From: Sphyrna mokarran
Taxonomy: Eukaryota
NCBI GenBank assembly: GCA_024679065.1
Contig: JAGIQG010000008.1
Span: forward strand, 14,510,001 to 14,574,000
Direction of reading: 5' to 3'
Length of the DNA: 64,000 bases
Under the pieces are notes generated by a model that saw nothing but the letters and a program-made list of their open reading frames with translations, made no database searches and had not been told where the DNA came from. Shown piece after piece: positions 25,688 to 38,861 of this stretch (the first letter of the stretch is position 1; the number at the start of each line of letters is the position of its first letter). The translations under genes were made by a program, and so were the position numbers.

Positions 25688-26020
25688 TTGACATGGTGGC
25701 ATATTGGTTAGTGCTGCTGCCTCAGAGTGCTAGGGACCCGGGTTTGATTACTCACTTACGTCACTATGTGGAGTCTGCACATTCTCCCTGCGTCTGCGTG
25801 GGTTTCCTCCGGGTGCTCTAGTTTCTTCCTACAGTCCAAAGATGTGAAGGTTAGATTGATTGGCCATGCTAAATTGCCCCTTAGTGTCAGGAGACTAGCT
25901 AGGGTAAATGTATGAGGTTATAGGAGTAGGGCCTGGGTGGAATTGAGGTCGGTGGAGACTCGATGGACTGAATGGCCTCCTTCTGCACTATAGGATTCTG
26001 TGATCTTATGATTCTATGAT
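25688..26020 (+). mobile_element. V-SINE nested in the Gypsy-like element
   Basis: Head, V-domain and (ATTCTATG)n tail. Confidence 0.9.
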
Positions 26021-26987
26021 TGTGACTTAAGTAGGAACAATGCATTTGTTATGATCTGCTGTTTTCCTTGAACATACTCTGTCTTTGAATCAAACCTCAT
26101 CATTCTCACTCTGAATTATTGTACTTGTGGAAGAATTTTTTTGTTAATTTAAGAGTCTCATTAAGGATTTGTGGTCTATTTCTATCTTGAAGTGGAGACC
26201 AAAAATTTGGGTGGAATTCTCCTGTCTTGCTCACCATGAGAATCAAATGAGCAGGTGTGTGAAGGCAGACCATGCAGAGTTCCATTGACATTGGAAGGGT
26301 TTGTCTGATTTTGGGTGAGTGTGACCAAGAATCCCATCCATAATCTGCAAACTCATTGGCAGCTAATGCTTCTTTCTTTTTAATTACAACTCTGTGCACT
26401 GGATACTTGGTAAACTGATCTATGCTTTCCATTCATCTGTATCTGAAGGAGTACGTCTTCTAATCCTGTAGAAGTTGCATCAGCAGCACTGAATCAGAGT
26501 GAACTAAAATATCAGGTTATATCAGCATCTGTTTGTATTTCTCACAAGATCTCTGCTGTGCTTCCTCTCAACACTCTTGTCTTATTGTAACAGTTGACAT
26601 AATGCTTGACTGACAACAAGAAGACTGGGCAACGGCTTTCTGACTTTGCTTACCATACCCTTGAGTGTCTAGAGGTCAGTCACACAGCAAGGAATTGGAA
26701 ACTCTTCAATTGCTCTTGTCTTCTGTGGACCAATTTTAACACTGGATGGATGACGCTGAGGGACCTTGACAATCGGTTCTAAGGATTAACGTTTGTTATT
26801 GAGAGTGAGTCCTGCTTTCCATCGGCATTTCAGCAGAGCTCACACTCTGTGTGAGTGGATCCACAGATCAGGAGGACATCACCCAGTCCTTCTAGGCTAC
26901 TTAACATCGTCCTCTGGAAGATTTCTGGCGCTGACATGACGCCAAAGGATTATCTGCTGCAATAAAACCTCCCAAGTGATGTATAAA

Positions 26988-27372
26988 CTGGGACTTTTCT
27001 TCACTGGAGTTAAGGAGGCTTGGGAGTGATCTTATAAAGGTTTATAAAATAATGGGGGGAATAAATCAGCTAGATAGTCAACATCTTTTCCCAAATGGAA
27101 GGGATTCTAAAACTAGAGGGCAGAGGTTTAGGATGAGAGGGGCAATTTTTTCACACACAGGGTGATGAGTGTCTAGAATGAGCTCTTGGAGATAGAGGTG
27201 ATATAATTTTGTTTTTTAAAAAGCATTTGGACAGTTACATGGATAAGATGGATAGAGAGGGATTTGGGCCAAATGTGGGCAATTGGAATTACCTTAGTGG
27301 CAACAGAAAGGGTGGCATGAACAAGTTGTGCCGAAGGGCCTATTTCCATGCTGTTAACCTCTATGACTCTAT
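26988..27372 (+). mobile_element. CR1-type LINE 3' fragment
   Basis: LGLFSLE..FKKHLD remnants, with CTCTATGACTCTAT tail. Confidence 0.8.
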
Positions 27373-28644
27373 AACCGAGGCATTGGCTCTGTTTCAGGAT
27401 GTAAAGTGATGTGGTAATGCTGTCAATAGCTTTCCTCATCCTGTGAGCAGTTGTAGAAATTCAACTCAGCTCAACTTCCCAGTTCCTCTACTCTGCAAAT
27501 CAGATAAAAGGCAGTGCAGACGTTTATGCTTCAAAGTTAACAACTGTTTCAGCATATCAGATAAGGTGATTGCCAAAAGAAGAGCAGTGAACTAGACTGT
27601 CATCTGGAAAGGAAGAATTGCGGGAGAAAAGATGGGAAAATGTTACTAAAGGAATTGCTCATTTTGAGATCTGGTGCAGACAAGGTCTCCTGCACTGTAA
27701 CAATTCTATAATTCTGTTTTGAAGCATTACATTCAGTTGTTCTGTGACCTTGACTTTTATACCTACTGGCCTTTCTGCTCTTTTGCACGGTAAGAAGTCT
27801 CACAACATCAGGTGATGAAGGAACAGCACTCCAAAAGCTTGTAATTCTAAATAAACCTGTTGGACTTTAACCTGGTGTTGTGAGATTTCTACCTGTGTCC
27901 ATTTCAGTCCAATCCCGACATCTCCACATTACGGCTGTTTTGCATGATGGTTGAAGAAAACTTTTCTCCAACCACAATTCAACTTCAGAAAGAAGAAAAA
28001 CTATTCCTGTGTCTAACTTAAAGCATAACTTGTTATCCTCCAATAGGAAATCAGCCCTCCAGCAGTTTCCACTTGGTTCCGGGATTTCAGCAAGGAAAGA
28101 TATCTTAACATCGTAACTTCTGCTTCATGGATCTTGCTATCTTTTGAAGGCTTCTCTTTTTGCTTATTCTGTGCAGGCTCCTTGCAGCAACAGAGCCTGG
28201 CCGTGACTCTTATTTCTAGAAGAATTTCCTGTGTCTATGGCAGGAAAATCTTCGGGCCTGCATCTTTTTCCGTCACACCACTTATAGCTAGCTGGGGTTA
28301 AATGTTCTTCCTGCCTCTCCTGGTTTTGTATAGCCATCTCTCTGCTTTTAACATGTTCCAGTTGTTTTTTGGGATATGATTTTTCCTGCCACCCTGAAAT
28401 GGAGATCCATTCTGACCCTAGCCTGTCTGCTCAATTGAATTATCTTCCTTAAGGTTAAATCATCTCTCAACTTCATCCAAGATTTGCTTCATTTAAAACT
28501 CCGAAGACAGTTCTGCCCCTGATTAGTCCATCTTTTAAGATGTCATCTTTACCATTCTCTGCAAATCTCTTTACAATAATTTTAGGTCCCTTTCTGCTTC
28601 AAGAAAACAACCATCATCCTGGTACCAAAGAAAAGCCAGATTTT

Positions 28645-29180
28645 TCTATCTGACATCCATCTGACATAAAGTGCTTTGAGGGTTAGTCATGGCACGAATC
28701 AATTTCAATCTCCTGGATTGCCAAGATCCACTACAGTTCACTGACTGCCATAGCAGGCCTACAGCAGATGCCATCTCCCTGGCCCTGCACTCAACTCTGG
28801 AACACCTAGATAACACAGACACCTCTGTCGGACTCCCATTTATCAATTACAGCTCAGCCTTCAACACTATTGTTCCCACAAAACTCATCTCCAAACTCCA
28901 TGGCCTGGGGCTCGCTCCTCCCTCTGTGACTGGACTGTGAATGTCCTAATCCACAGTTCGCAGTCAGTAAGGATAGGCAAGAAAATTACCTTAGTTGCAA
29001 AAAAATGGGTGGAATGGACAAATTGGGCCAAAGGACCTATTTCCATGCTATAAACCTCTATGAACTCTATAACTGATGCACTGGTTCTGTTTCAGGATTT
29101 GAAATGATGTGGTAATGCTTTCTTTCATCCTCAACACAGGCGTCCCACATGACTGTGTCCTCAGTCCCCTACTATACTCT
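28645..29180 (+). mobile_element. Rex1/Babar-like RT fragment
   Basis: DPLQF..RPTADAISLALH..FINYSSAFNTIVP and NTGVPHDCVLSPLLYS. Confidence 0.85.
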
Positions 29181-29408
29181 GAAACACCACGGGCGGAATA
29201 CTCCAGCCACGCTGGTCTAAAAGTCGGAAATTCCTGTCCAATCATCAATAACTTTCACATTCTCTGCAACCCACCCACTATAATTCCATTGGCGGACAGG
29301 ATGGAGGAATTCCAGCCTCCAGTTCAATCCTGAATTAATCAAAGGTAAATTCCATTCTGATATCAGTGAGCTAAATGTAGCTTTCCAACAACTGTAACTT
29401 GTATTTCG

Positions 29409-29790
29409 AATCATAGAATCCTCACAGTGCAGAAAGAGGCCATTCAACCCAACGAGTCTGCACTGACAACAATCCCACCCAGGCCCTATACTTATAATCC
29501 CACATAACCCCCCCCCCGACACTAGGGAGCAATCCCACCCAGAATTGTTCTCCATAACCCCAAATATTTACACTACTAATCCCACATTTTGGGACACTAA
29601 GAGGTAATTTAGCATGGCCAATCTATCTAACCTGCATGTCTTTGGAGTGTGGGAGGAAACCAGAGCACCCGGAGAGCACACACACAGATGCAGGGAGAAT
29701 GTGCAAACTCCACACAGACAGTCATCCGAGACTGGAATTGAACCCGGGTCTCTGGCGCTGTAAGGCAGCAGTGCAAACCGTGTCACCGTA
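29409..29790 (-). mobile_element. V-SINE, CR1-type tail
   Basis: Reverse-complement head and V-domain. Confidence 0.9.
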
Positions 29791-30479
29791 CCATCACCAT
29801 GCTGCTATTTAAATATCACCTTTAACATAGTAAAATGGCCCAAGGTGCTTCACAGGAGCATGATCAAACAGAATTTGACACAGACCTGCATGGGAAGATA
29901 ATAGGTCAGATAACCAAAAGATAGCAGGCAAGAGAGATTGAGATGTTTAAGGAGAGAATTACAAGATCTCATCATCCAGTGGTGTAGAGATTAAAATCAT
30001 TGATGTTCATGAGTCTAGAATTAGCCATTTAGAACATCAGCATATTTAATTACAAAGTGTGCAGCTGCCAGCCATAACACCAGACTGCCAGTGAGATTAG
30101 CATCTTAATGTCTGCTTCCATGGATGTTCATTGCTGTAACTTTGAAACAAAGCATATATCACAATGTACATCAAAAGAAATTTCACTATATAACACCTTT
30201 GCCATACACACCAAACAACACGTTTTTGATGCTTTGATAGCCACTGTAACTCATTGGCTGGAATTTTACCACCCTGCAACCCCCCGCCATGGGAAACACA
30301 GTGTGCGAGGGACGGATATTGGGATGGTCTTCTTTTCTTTTTTTTTCTTTTTTTTAGCATGGAAGCAGGCCCTTCAGCCCAACTTGTCCATGCTGCCCTT
30401 TTTTAAAATCCCTAAGCTAATCCCAACTACCCGCATTTAGTCCATATCCCTCTATACCCATCTCACCTGTAACTATCTA

Positions 30480-32032
30480 GAACATAGAACATAGAACGTT
30501 ACAGCGCAGAACAGGCCCTTTGGCCTTCGATGTTGCGCCGACCAATTAGGAACAAGCAGTGACCCTCTACCCTAAACCATTCCCTTTTCGTCCATAAACT
30601 TATCTACTAACCTCTTAAACGTCACCAAACTTGGCGCATCTACAACTGACGCAGGCAGGGCATTCCATACCCTTACCAACCTCTGGGTAAAGAACCTACC
30701 TCTGATATCCGTCCTATAACTATCACCCCTTAATTTAAAGCTGTGTCCCCTCGTGCTAGCTTTCTCCATCCTAGGAAAAAGGCTATCACTGTCCACCCTA
30801 TCTAAACCTCGAATCATCTTATATGTTTCGATTAGGTCCCCTCTTAGCCGCCTCCTTTCTAACGAAAACAACCTCAAATCCCTCAGCCTCTCTTCATAAG
30901 ACATGCCTTCCATACCAGGCAACATCCTGGTAAACCTCCTCTGTACCCTCTCCAATGCCTCCACATCTTTCTTATAATGTGGGGACAAGAACTGCACACA
31001 ATACTCCAAGTGCGGCCGCACTAGAGTTTTGTACAGTTGCAACATGACGTTGCGGCTCCGAAATTCAATCCCCCTACCAATAAAAGCTAAGACTCCGTAT
31101 GCCTTCTTAACAACCTTATCGACTTGAATGCCAACTTTCAGGGATCTATGTACACATACACCAAGATCCCTCATCAACACTATTAAGAGTCCTACCATTA
31201 GCCCTATACTCTACACATTTGTTATTCCTGCCAAAGTGAATTACCTCACACTTTTCCACATTAAACTCCATTTGTCACTTCTCGGCACAGCTCTGCAACT
31301 TGTCCAAGTCTCTCTGCAAACTATAACACCCCTCTTCACTATCTACTACTCCTCCGACTTTGGTGTCTTCTGCAAATTTACTAATCCATCCTTCAATACC
31401 CTCATCCAGATCATTTATAAAAATTACAAACAGCAGGGGCCCCAAAACAGACCCCTGAGGTACACCACTCGTAACCGAACTCCACGATGAATATCTCCCA
31501 TCAACCACCACCCTCTGTCTTCTATCTGCTAGCCAATTCCTAACCCAATTAGCTAAATCACCCTCTATCCCATACATCTGCATTTTCTGCAGAAGCCTTC
31601 CATGGGCCACCTTATCGAACGCCTTACTAAAGTCCACATATACCACATCAACCGCCTTACCCCCATCCACCTCTTTGGTCACTTTTTCAAAAAACTCAAT
31701 AAGGTTAGTAAGGCACGACCTACCCTTCACAAAACCATGCTGACTATCCCCAATCAATTCATTCTTCTCTAAATAACTATAAATCCTATCCCTAATAATT
31801 CTCTCCAATACTTTGCCCACAACAGAAGTAAGACTCACTGGCCTATAATTCCCTGGAAGGTCTCTCTTCCCCTTCTTGAACAATGGGACCACATTCGCTA
31901 TCCTCCAGTCTTCCGGCACTATATCCGTAACCAACGATGACCTGAAGATCAGAGCCAGAGGCTCTGCAATCGCCTCTCTCGCCTCCCAGAGAATCCTAGG
32001 GTAAATCCCGTCCGGCCCAGGGGACTTATCTA
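30480..32032 (-). mobile_element. Young 5'-truncated CR1 (HER1-like) LINE with a disabled RT
   Basis: [27 protein letters not shown] and [10 protein letters not shown] motifs. The catalytic FADD reads FAED, there is a TGA at 31275-31277 where Trp is expected, and a frameshift near 31170. Tail is (GTTCTAT)n. Confidence 0.95.
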
Positions 32033-32320
32033 AATGCTTTTTAAAAGACAAAATTGTAACAGCCTCTACTACCACCTCTGGCAGCTTGTTCCAGACACTC
32101 ACTACTCTCTATGTGAAAACATTGCCCTTCTGAACACTTTTGTGTTTCTCCCCTCTCACCTTAAATCCAGTTTTAGATTCCCCTACCTTTGGGAAAATAT
32201 ATTGACTGTCTCGTTGATCTGTGCTTCTCATTATTTTTTAGACCTCTATAAGATCACAACTGAGCCTCCGATGCTGCAGAGAAAAAAGTCCCAGTCCATC
32301 CAGCCTCTTGTCATAACTCA
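32027..32320 (-). mobile_element. Older CR1 3' fragment, 5' half (3' half at 30330-30479)
   Basis: [17 protein letters not shown]. The halves join across the younger LINE and match the family at 26988-27372. Confidence 0.8.
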
Positions 32321-33639
32321 GACTATTGACTTCAGATGGGATTTGATGGTTCAGGATGAGTGAGGCTGTAAAATCCCTCCCAAGATGTCTAATGCTTTAT
32401 TACTGCACCTGGTCCTTTATGGACCAGCACAGCTTCCCTCTTTACTCACTAACGCAGCTATTATCAACGCCAGAAGTATTAGCTGTTTCATTTTTTTGAC
32501 ATTCCTTCAGCCTTTGTGAAGTTCAAGAAGCAACTTTTTGACTAGCTTCTATTCTTCCAGCTTTTAATATCTTCTTTTTTCTTTGGGAACGTTAGTCGAT
32601 AATGAACTCCAGCTACCTGCGGATTTTTTGACAAGGAGGTTTTGGAGACCAGCAGATTCTGGCTGACAAGTGCTGAGCTGCAGAGACTTGCTCTGTGCTT
32701 GCTGCCTTGCTTTCAACTACACCCTTAAAGAGACTCCCTGGGTGAGCTACTAAGTCTTAGCAAAATCATAGCAGTTGTTGATGGGTGGGTGACAGTGTGG
32801 CGGATGGGGTGATGAGAAGTTACATAACCAGGCTATGTGAACGGTATTACTAGGTATGAATATTGACAGGATCAGGACTGGAATTTTGCAGGGTCACTGA
32901 CTCTTCTGGAAGTTTTATATACATCCACTAAAATCAGTAAAGCAAGTCAGTCACTCCACATTCATCCCAAATACAGTAATATAAAATATTTAATAAGATT
33001 GCATGCGTGTTGGCTTTTAGATTATTTCTATGAGATCTATTAGCATATGTGAAAGAGTTTATGGCAGACGTTGCTGAATGAACTACATTGGGATTTCTCA
33101 ACAATGTTTTTAAATCCTAATTTATCTTTCTTCGAAGCAAAACGTGCCTCAAAACATCAGTCATAATTATACAATGTTTTATGTTGATAACTAATAATGT
33201 CATAAGATATTGTAATATTTATATAAGCTCTTTGAAAAGGTAACATTCAGTGTAAATCAGCTGATGTGACATCCTGCAGCTTAGTTAACATCATTAAGCT
33301 TTGCTAAAAGTCCAACCCTAATGATAAAATATCTGCAGGAAAATAAGCTCATAAGCTATATGATTAAATGCTGTGACATTAATGTACAATAGTGTATTGT
33401 GCCTGTGTAAAATTCCTACTTTAACAGAGAATTTGACCTGCTTACCTCTATTAAAATTGCACTGAAAGGAATTTACAGTTATGATCAATGTTTAGGCATG
33501 ACCATGTTGTTTTGCAACATAAAGATCCTAGTTTTGTGATACAATTCACTTAATATTGAATTGCTGGAAACAAATTCTCTCTAAAATTAAACAAGAAATG
33601 AGAATGCAAGTGAAATTGTCGATTGTGATAACAAAAGAA

Positions 33640-33990
33640 GCAAAAACAATACGAGAGAAACATTTTTCACCTTGTGAGTGGTGAAGTCAGGACAGTAAGA
33701 AGTAGCAGCATATTAGGTTAAAGTCCAACAGGTTTATTTGAAATCACGAGCTTTCCAAGCGCTGCTCCTTCATCATGTGCGCTATGTGCTGCCTGAGAGT
33801 GTGGGGGAGGCAGGTTCAATCTTAGCATTCAAGAGGGAACTGGGCTGTCATCTGCAAAGGAAGAAGGGTTGTGGAAAGAAGGTGGGAGAATGGCACAGCA
33901 TGAATTGCTCATTTGGGCAACCAGTATGGGCACGAGGGGCCGAATGGCCTCTTTTTGCACTGTAACAATTCTCGATTGTATGATTCTGTG
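33640..33990 (+). mobile_element. CR1-type 3' fragment interrupted by a Penelope-like piece
   Basis: LPESVGEAGSILAFKRELG and tail GGCCGAATGGCCT..CTGTAACAATTC. Confidence 0.7.
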
Positions 33991-35385
33991 ACAATGTGAA
34001 ACATGATTTTTCTTTGTCAACTATTGTAGCTGTTAAAACATAACAGAGGAAAATTTGGTCTTGTTAAATTCACCTGTTAGCTAAACTCCTTCTTTCTCCC
34101 AAAGAAAGAGAATGTCTTTTTTCTTGTGTTACACGCTGGCACACTTAGCAGTAGTCAGCGCTGACTAGTTGGCTTTTATCCCAGTCTTTCCTGGAAGGTC
34201 CACAAATCAGTTTGCGACATTGCTCACAGGATATCATTCCAAATGAGATAATAATCAGCTCCTATTATCTCCACAAGAGATGGCAGTTTGTTTCTGTATG
34301 GCTTTCATGCTTTTGATGTGTCCTTGTCTAGAAACAGAACATGATTTTATAGTTTCTCTCTTAGTGTCATCCAACAGCAATTCAGCCAGTGACTGAGTTT
34401 ATATCCTTAGCCATCTTTGGCTTGTGTGTCCATTTTTTTTATTTTCTTGATGTGGACCTAAGGAGAGCAGAAATATAAGGGAAGCTACTGCCTGGTGATC
34501 ACCACACCCTCCCTCGACACATTCTTTGTCTTTGGCATTCACCATCCTACCATGGGTGGCCCAAAACTGGTCCTTGGAAATGAATGAGGTCTCTGGAGAC
34601 ATGACAATGGTGGGCAGCTTAGCTATAGTATTTCAAAGAGGCCCACGGTCCAATTTCAGAATAGCCTCAAGTTTTCAGACTTGACAATGAAAAAAAACCA
34701 TAACTTTTTTTTAACTCCAGTATTTCCTGTGGAGGAACACATAGGCAAAAATGATTGGAAATAGTTTAGGCAGCATCAGTGGAGAAAAAGAAATGGAATT
34801 AATAGACTGAAATACACAATGTGTCAAATTACACCCTCTCACCTCACCACCTCTGCTTCTGTTAAATAATTGGTAAGTTGCCTGCCAAAAATCTTCCTTC
34901 TGGCTCAGGAAGTCCCACCTCGGAGAGTTACCAGCCAATCAGAATCTGGCAGCTGTCAGCACAATAGGCCAGAGGCAGGTAGCGTTGGATTTGTGGATTT
35001 ATTAATTGTCTCGTTGAGTGATGATGGAGCCTGGGGGCCAGATTAGGAGGGATCCCTTCCTGTTCTCCAACAATCCACAAATGGGAACCTGCTAGACTGG
35101 TTGGTTGGCATAGGCCTCTCCTGCCATTGGCTAATGCTGAGATAGTGGAACGAGGCCTTTGAGTGGACAAGTGCGTCAACTGACCTATTGGCTGGTGTGC
35201 CAACACTGCCACTGTTTTAATTGTGATGAGCCCGGGGCTGGTGAGAAGGCAGTGAGCAGGCCCACCCGCTGGATCAATGAGTCCCCGCTTTGGCCTTCAA
35301 ACCCATCAATTGTGGACCATTGAATCCAGCCCAATGTTTCAGGTCAATGACTTTTCATTAGACCAATAGAAGTTAGAGATATTTT

Positions 35386-35649
35386 AAAGTTAAAGTTTAT
35401 TTGTTAGTCACAAGTAGGCTTACGTTATCACAGCAATGAAGTTACTGTGAAATTTCTGTAGTTGCCACACTCCAGGGTCTATTTGGATACATTGAGGGAG
35501 GATTTAGCATGGCTAAATTCCTAACTAGTGCATGTTTCAGACTACGGAAGGAAACACATGCAAACACAAACAGTGACCCATGCCAGGAATTAAACCTGGA
35601 ACTGGGCGCTGTGAGGCAGCAATGCTAACCACTGTGCCACTGTGCTACC
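35386..35649 (-). mobile_element. V-SINE, alternative tail
   Basis: AAAGTTTAT..AGTCACAAGTAGGCTTAC..ATGAAGTTACTGTGAAA followed by a reverse-complement head. Confidence 0.85.
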
Positions 35650-36693
35650 TCTATAACAGGTTTAAAGCGAGTACAAAGTGAACAAAGACTGTGAGTTTTT
35701 GATTTTTGATTTGATTTGATTTATTATGGTCACATTATTAGTATATAGTGAAAAGTATTGTTTTTGTGCGCTATGCAGACAGAGCATGCTGTGCAGAGGG
35801 AAGAAAAGGAGAGAGCTGGAAAACATAAGAGAAGATTTGTAATAGGATGGGAGGCAAGAGAATTAAATGATAAAAGGGATAACGTCACAGGGAATGGGTG
35901 TTCTTCTGAAGTTGCCTGATTATTAGTCTATTATAAGGAGCAGGATTGTCGAAGGCTGATAGGGTAAAGGATTGGAAGTGGGCAGGTCAAGAGTTTTATG
36001 CTGCCAGCCAGCTTCGCGAACACCCATTCCACCCTTGAGCCATTTTCTAGAAGGTCGGACACAGTCAAGGTATGTTCCTTTAAAAGGGAAAGATGGGGCA
36101 GGCAAATCCTGAGTGCCTTGGGCGAAAGAGTAGATAGAAGTTAAGATAAAAAAGGTGTCAAGTAGAAAATACAATTGAGAACCAAGTGGAATACAGAAGG
36201 GCAGAGGTGGAAAAGCATGTTAGAATAGGGATTATGAGAAAAAGACAGACAGGCAACATAAAGGGGAATCCCAAAGTATTCCCAAAGGCATCTAAATAGT
36301 AAAATGTTGGTAAAAAGAGGAATAGATCTGATGACAGACTTGAAAGTTAATTTACACATGAGGGCTGGGGGCGTGGCTGAGGTATTAAATGAAAACTTTG
36401 CATATGTGCAGGGGTATGAGGAAAAGGCAGGGAAAAGACATTAGGCCATTATATTCATTTGGAGAGCTGGTGCAGACATGATGGGCTAAATGGCCTGCTT
36501 CTGAACCATAACAATTCTGTGATTCCGAATGGCTATGAGCTGAATGGGTAGCTTGAAACTCATTTTATTCATTTGTGGGGCATGGGTGTCTTTGATTAGT
36601 CAGTAAATATTGCCCATCCCTTGTTGCCCTCGAGAAGATGGTGCTGAGCTGCCTTCTTGAATCGTTGCAGTCCTTGTGCTGTGGGTTGATTCG

Positions 36694-36905
36694 TCTCCAG
36701 GAAGATTGTCCAGATGTGGGACGGGTAGGCTCAACCACATTGACCCTACCTCGGGGAAGATCGTCCAGAGGCAGGATGGGTAGCCTCAACCGTATTGACC
36801 CCACCTCCAGAAAGATCATCCAGAGGTGGAATGGGTAGCCTCAGTCACATTGACCCTACCTCGGGGAAGATAGTTTAGAGGTGGGATGGGTAGCCTCAAC
36901 CACAT
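36694..36905. repeat. 55-bp tandem repeat, about 3.8 copies
   Basis: Units start at 36701, 36756, 36811 and 36866. Confidence 0.95.
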
Positions 36906-38091
36906 GATAAAAGGGATAATGTCACAGGGAATGGGCGTTCTTCTGAAGTTACCTAATTATTAGTCTATTATAAGGAGCAGGATTGTTGAAGGCTGATAGG
37001 GTAAAGGATTGGAAGTGGACAGGTCAAGAGTTTTATGCTGCCAGCCAGCTTCGCTGTACTGGGGAATCCCAAAATATTCCCCCCCCCCCCCCCCCCGGGA
37101 AGTTTCTACAGAGACGGAACACATCGAATAACTGACCTCTGCTCCTGCTTCTACCCCCTAACCTGTTTCTGCAAGAACTGGTAAATTCAGAGAGCTTGTC
37201 CCTTCACCAATTGTCATATTGGAGTGAAAAAAACACTTGGAGTTAGCAGCAAAGTAGATCAAAAATTGATTGAAACCACAATTGTTCAGAGATTAAACAA
37301 TTCCACCAAGTTTTCATGAACACAAAACATAAAAGGTATTGATTTTGGGGGAAGAATAATGGAGAAGACCAATTCACTGCAAATTGCCATGTTTAAAATT
37401 TCAAACAAGTCATTGGAACTATGAGCTATGAGACTGGCACATTGAAGAATAATTCTCAAGTTCCTTTAACCGGTTTTCTTTCTGATCCATTAATTTGTGA
37501 CTATATCCTCTGTGTGCCATTTCTCTGCTTCAGAAGATGCATACATATCCTTGCTGAAGTATGCTGACTTTAAGCTGGTCAATTAGCAGGTTGTAAGGGT
37601 GGTCGGGCAGATATTTCCTCACAGGCTTCAGGATTCCAATGTTCAAAGCCTGGGTCATGTAGGAATTAGTCCCTGGCCCTGATTTCCCTGAGTTGATGAC
37701 TACAGTTCAGCCTTATTGCCCAACATTCAAGGATGGGCTGATTCCTTTATGTAGAATGGAAGAGTGAGTTGCAAGACTTGTACAAAGTGGGCAATGACCC
37801 TGCCCATTGCAGGTCATTTATGTCTATGGTCAGTTGAGCTTTGGTACAGGGGTGACTAAGATTAAACTCTTGCATCCAGGCATTATTTAATATTGACGCC
37901 AAATTCTCCATTCTCACTTTCTAATGGGATATGATATCCCAAATTAGGATTTTGCCCCAAATCTTTAGTGAGGTAAATTATAAATTGTATAGGGGCTATC
38001 GTACAACCTTCTTTGATGCTGGTTCAGATTTTGAAGACATCAGTTTCAGATCTCCCACTCAGTCATATCACCATGAAGCAATTGTTTTTTT

Positions 38092-38388
38092 TAAAGTTTA
38101 CTTATTAGTATCATAATTAGGCTTACATTAACACTGCAATGAAGCTGCTGTGAAAATTCCCTGATTGCCACACTCTGGTGCTTATCTGGATACACTGAGG
38201 GAAAATTTAGCACGGCCAATGCACCTAATCAGTACGTCTTTTGGACTGTGGGAGGAAACTAGAGCTCTAGGAGTAAACCCACGCAGACGCGGAGAGAACG
38301 TGCAAACTCCACACCGGCAGTGACAAAGCCTGGAATTGTACCCGGGACGCTGGTGCTGTGAGGCAGCAGTGCTAACCACTGTGTCACC
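38092..38388 (-). mobile_element. V-SINE, alternative tail
   Basis: Reverse complement of the 15740 type. Confidence 0.9.
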
Positions 38389-38861
38389 TGCAGGATTGTG
38401 ACAAAATATCTTGGACATCATTGGAGAACAATCCACACAGCCTCAAATGTTTTGGTCAAGTGAGTGAGTGCAATGAGAAGAATTCTGAGCGTTGTTCTCA
38501 ACAGTTTTCTTGGATTTGTCTGGGATCAAAGACCAATTTGGAGGTTCATCTGGGAGGGCTAAAACCCAACTCTGTCACTGGTGAGATTTTCCTCAGCCAC
38601 AGAAAGTATGTGATTGAGGAGAATATGTGTAAAGATTTCCCCTGCTGTGGACACAAGGGAAATAACTTAACTAAAGGTGAGAGGGGGACAGGGCCAAGAT
38701 GCTCAGGGTATCTGTATGGTATCTGCCCTTCCTCTTGAAATCTTTGCGAAATATATAAGTTTAATTTACCTGAGTGACTTGAGACTTTGGGGCCTTTAGT
38801 TACTGAAAACAGCGTGTACATCCTGAGGTCAGACTTTACATTAGGTCCATAATGCTCCAAT

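Larger units (their letters stand above)
23210..28620 (-). mobile_element. Decayed Gypsy-like LTR retrotransposon with nested insertions
   Basis: On the minus strand: gag-like GLIRGRTVFGVLN..DLTLRKIIQLSRQA (about 28415-28530), integrase-like VNYHSRWIELKQL..SLKEIF and ISDN..NGEA (24560-25000), and a polypurine tract AGGGGAAA then TGTAG at 23871 marking a candidate 3' LTR (about 23210-23871). Confidence 0.7.

Noticed and set aside
28616..28627. TGGTACCAGGA on the minus strand as a tRNA-Leu primer-binding site
   Set aside because: It directly abuts mid-gag-like sequence and there is no adjacent 5' LTR.
30572..32102. Functional or domesticated reverse transcriptase gene
   Set aside because: It is a 5'-truncated CR1 with an altered catalytic motif, a nonsense codon and a frameshift. 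The ORF start comes from a different LINE copy.
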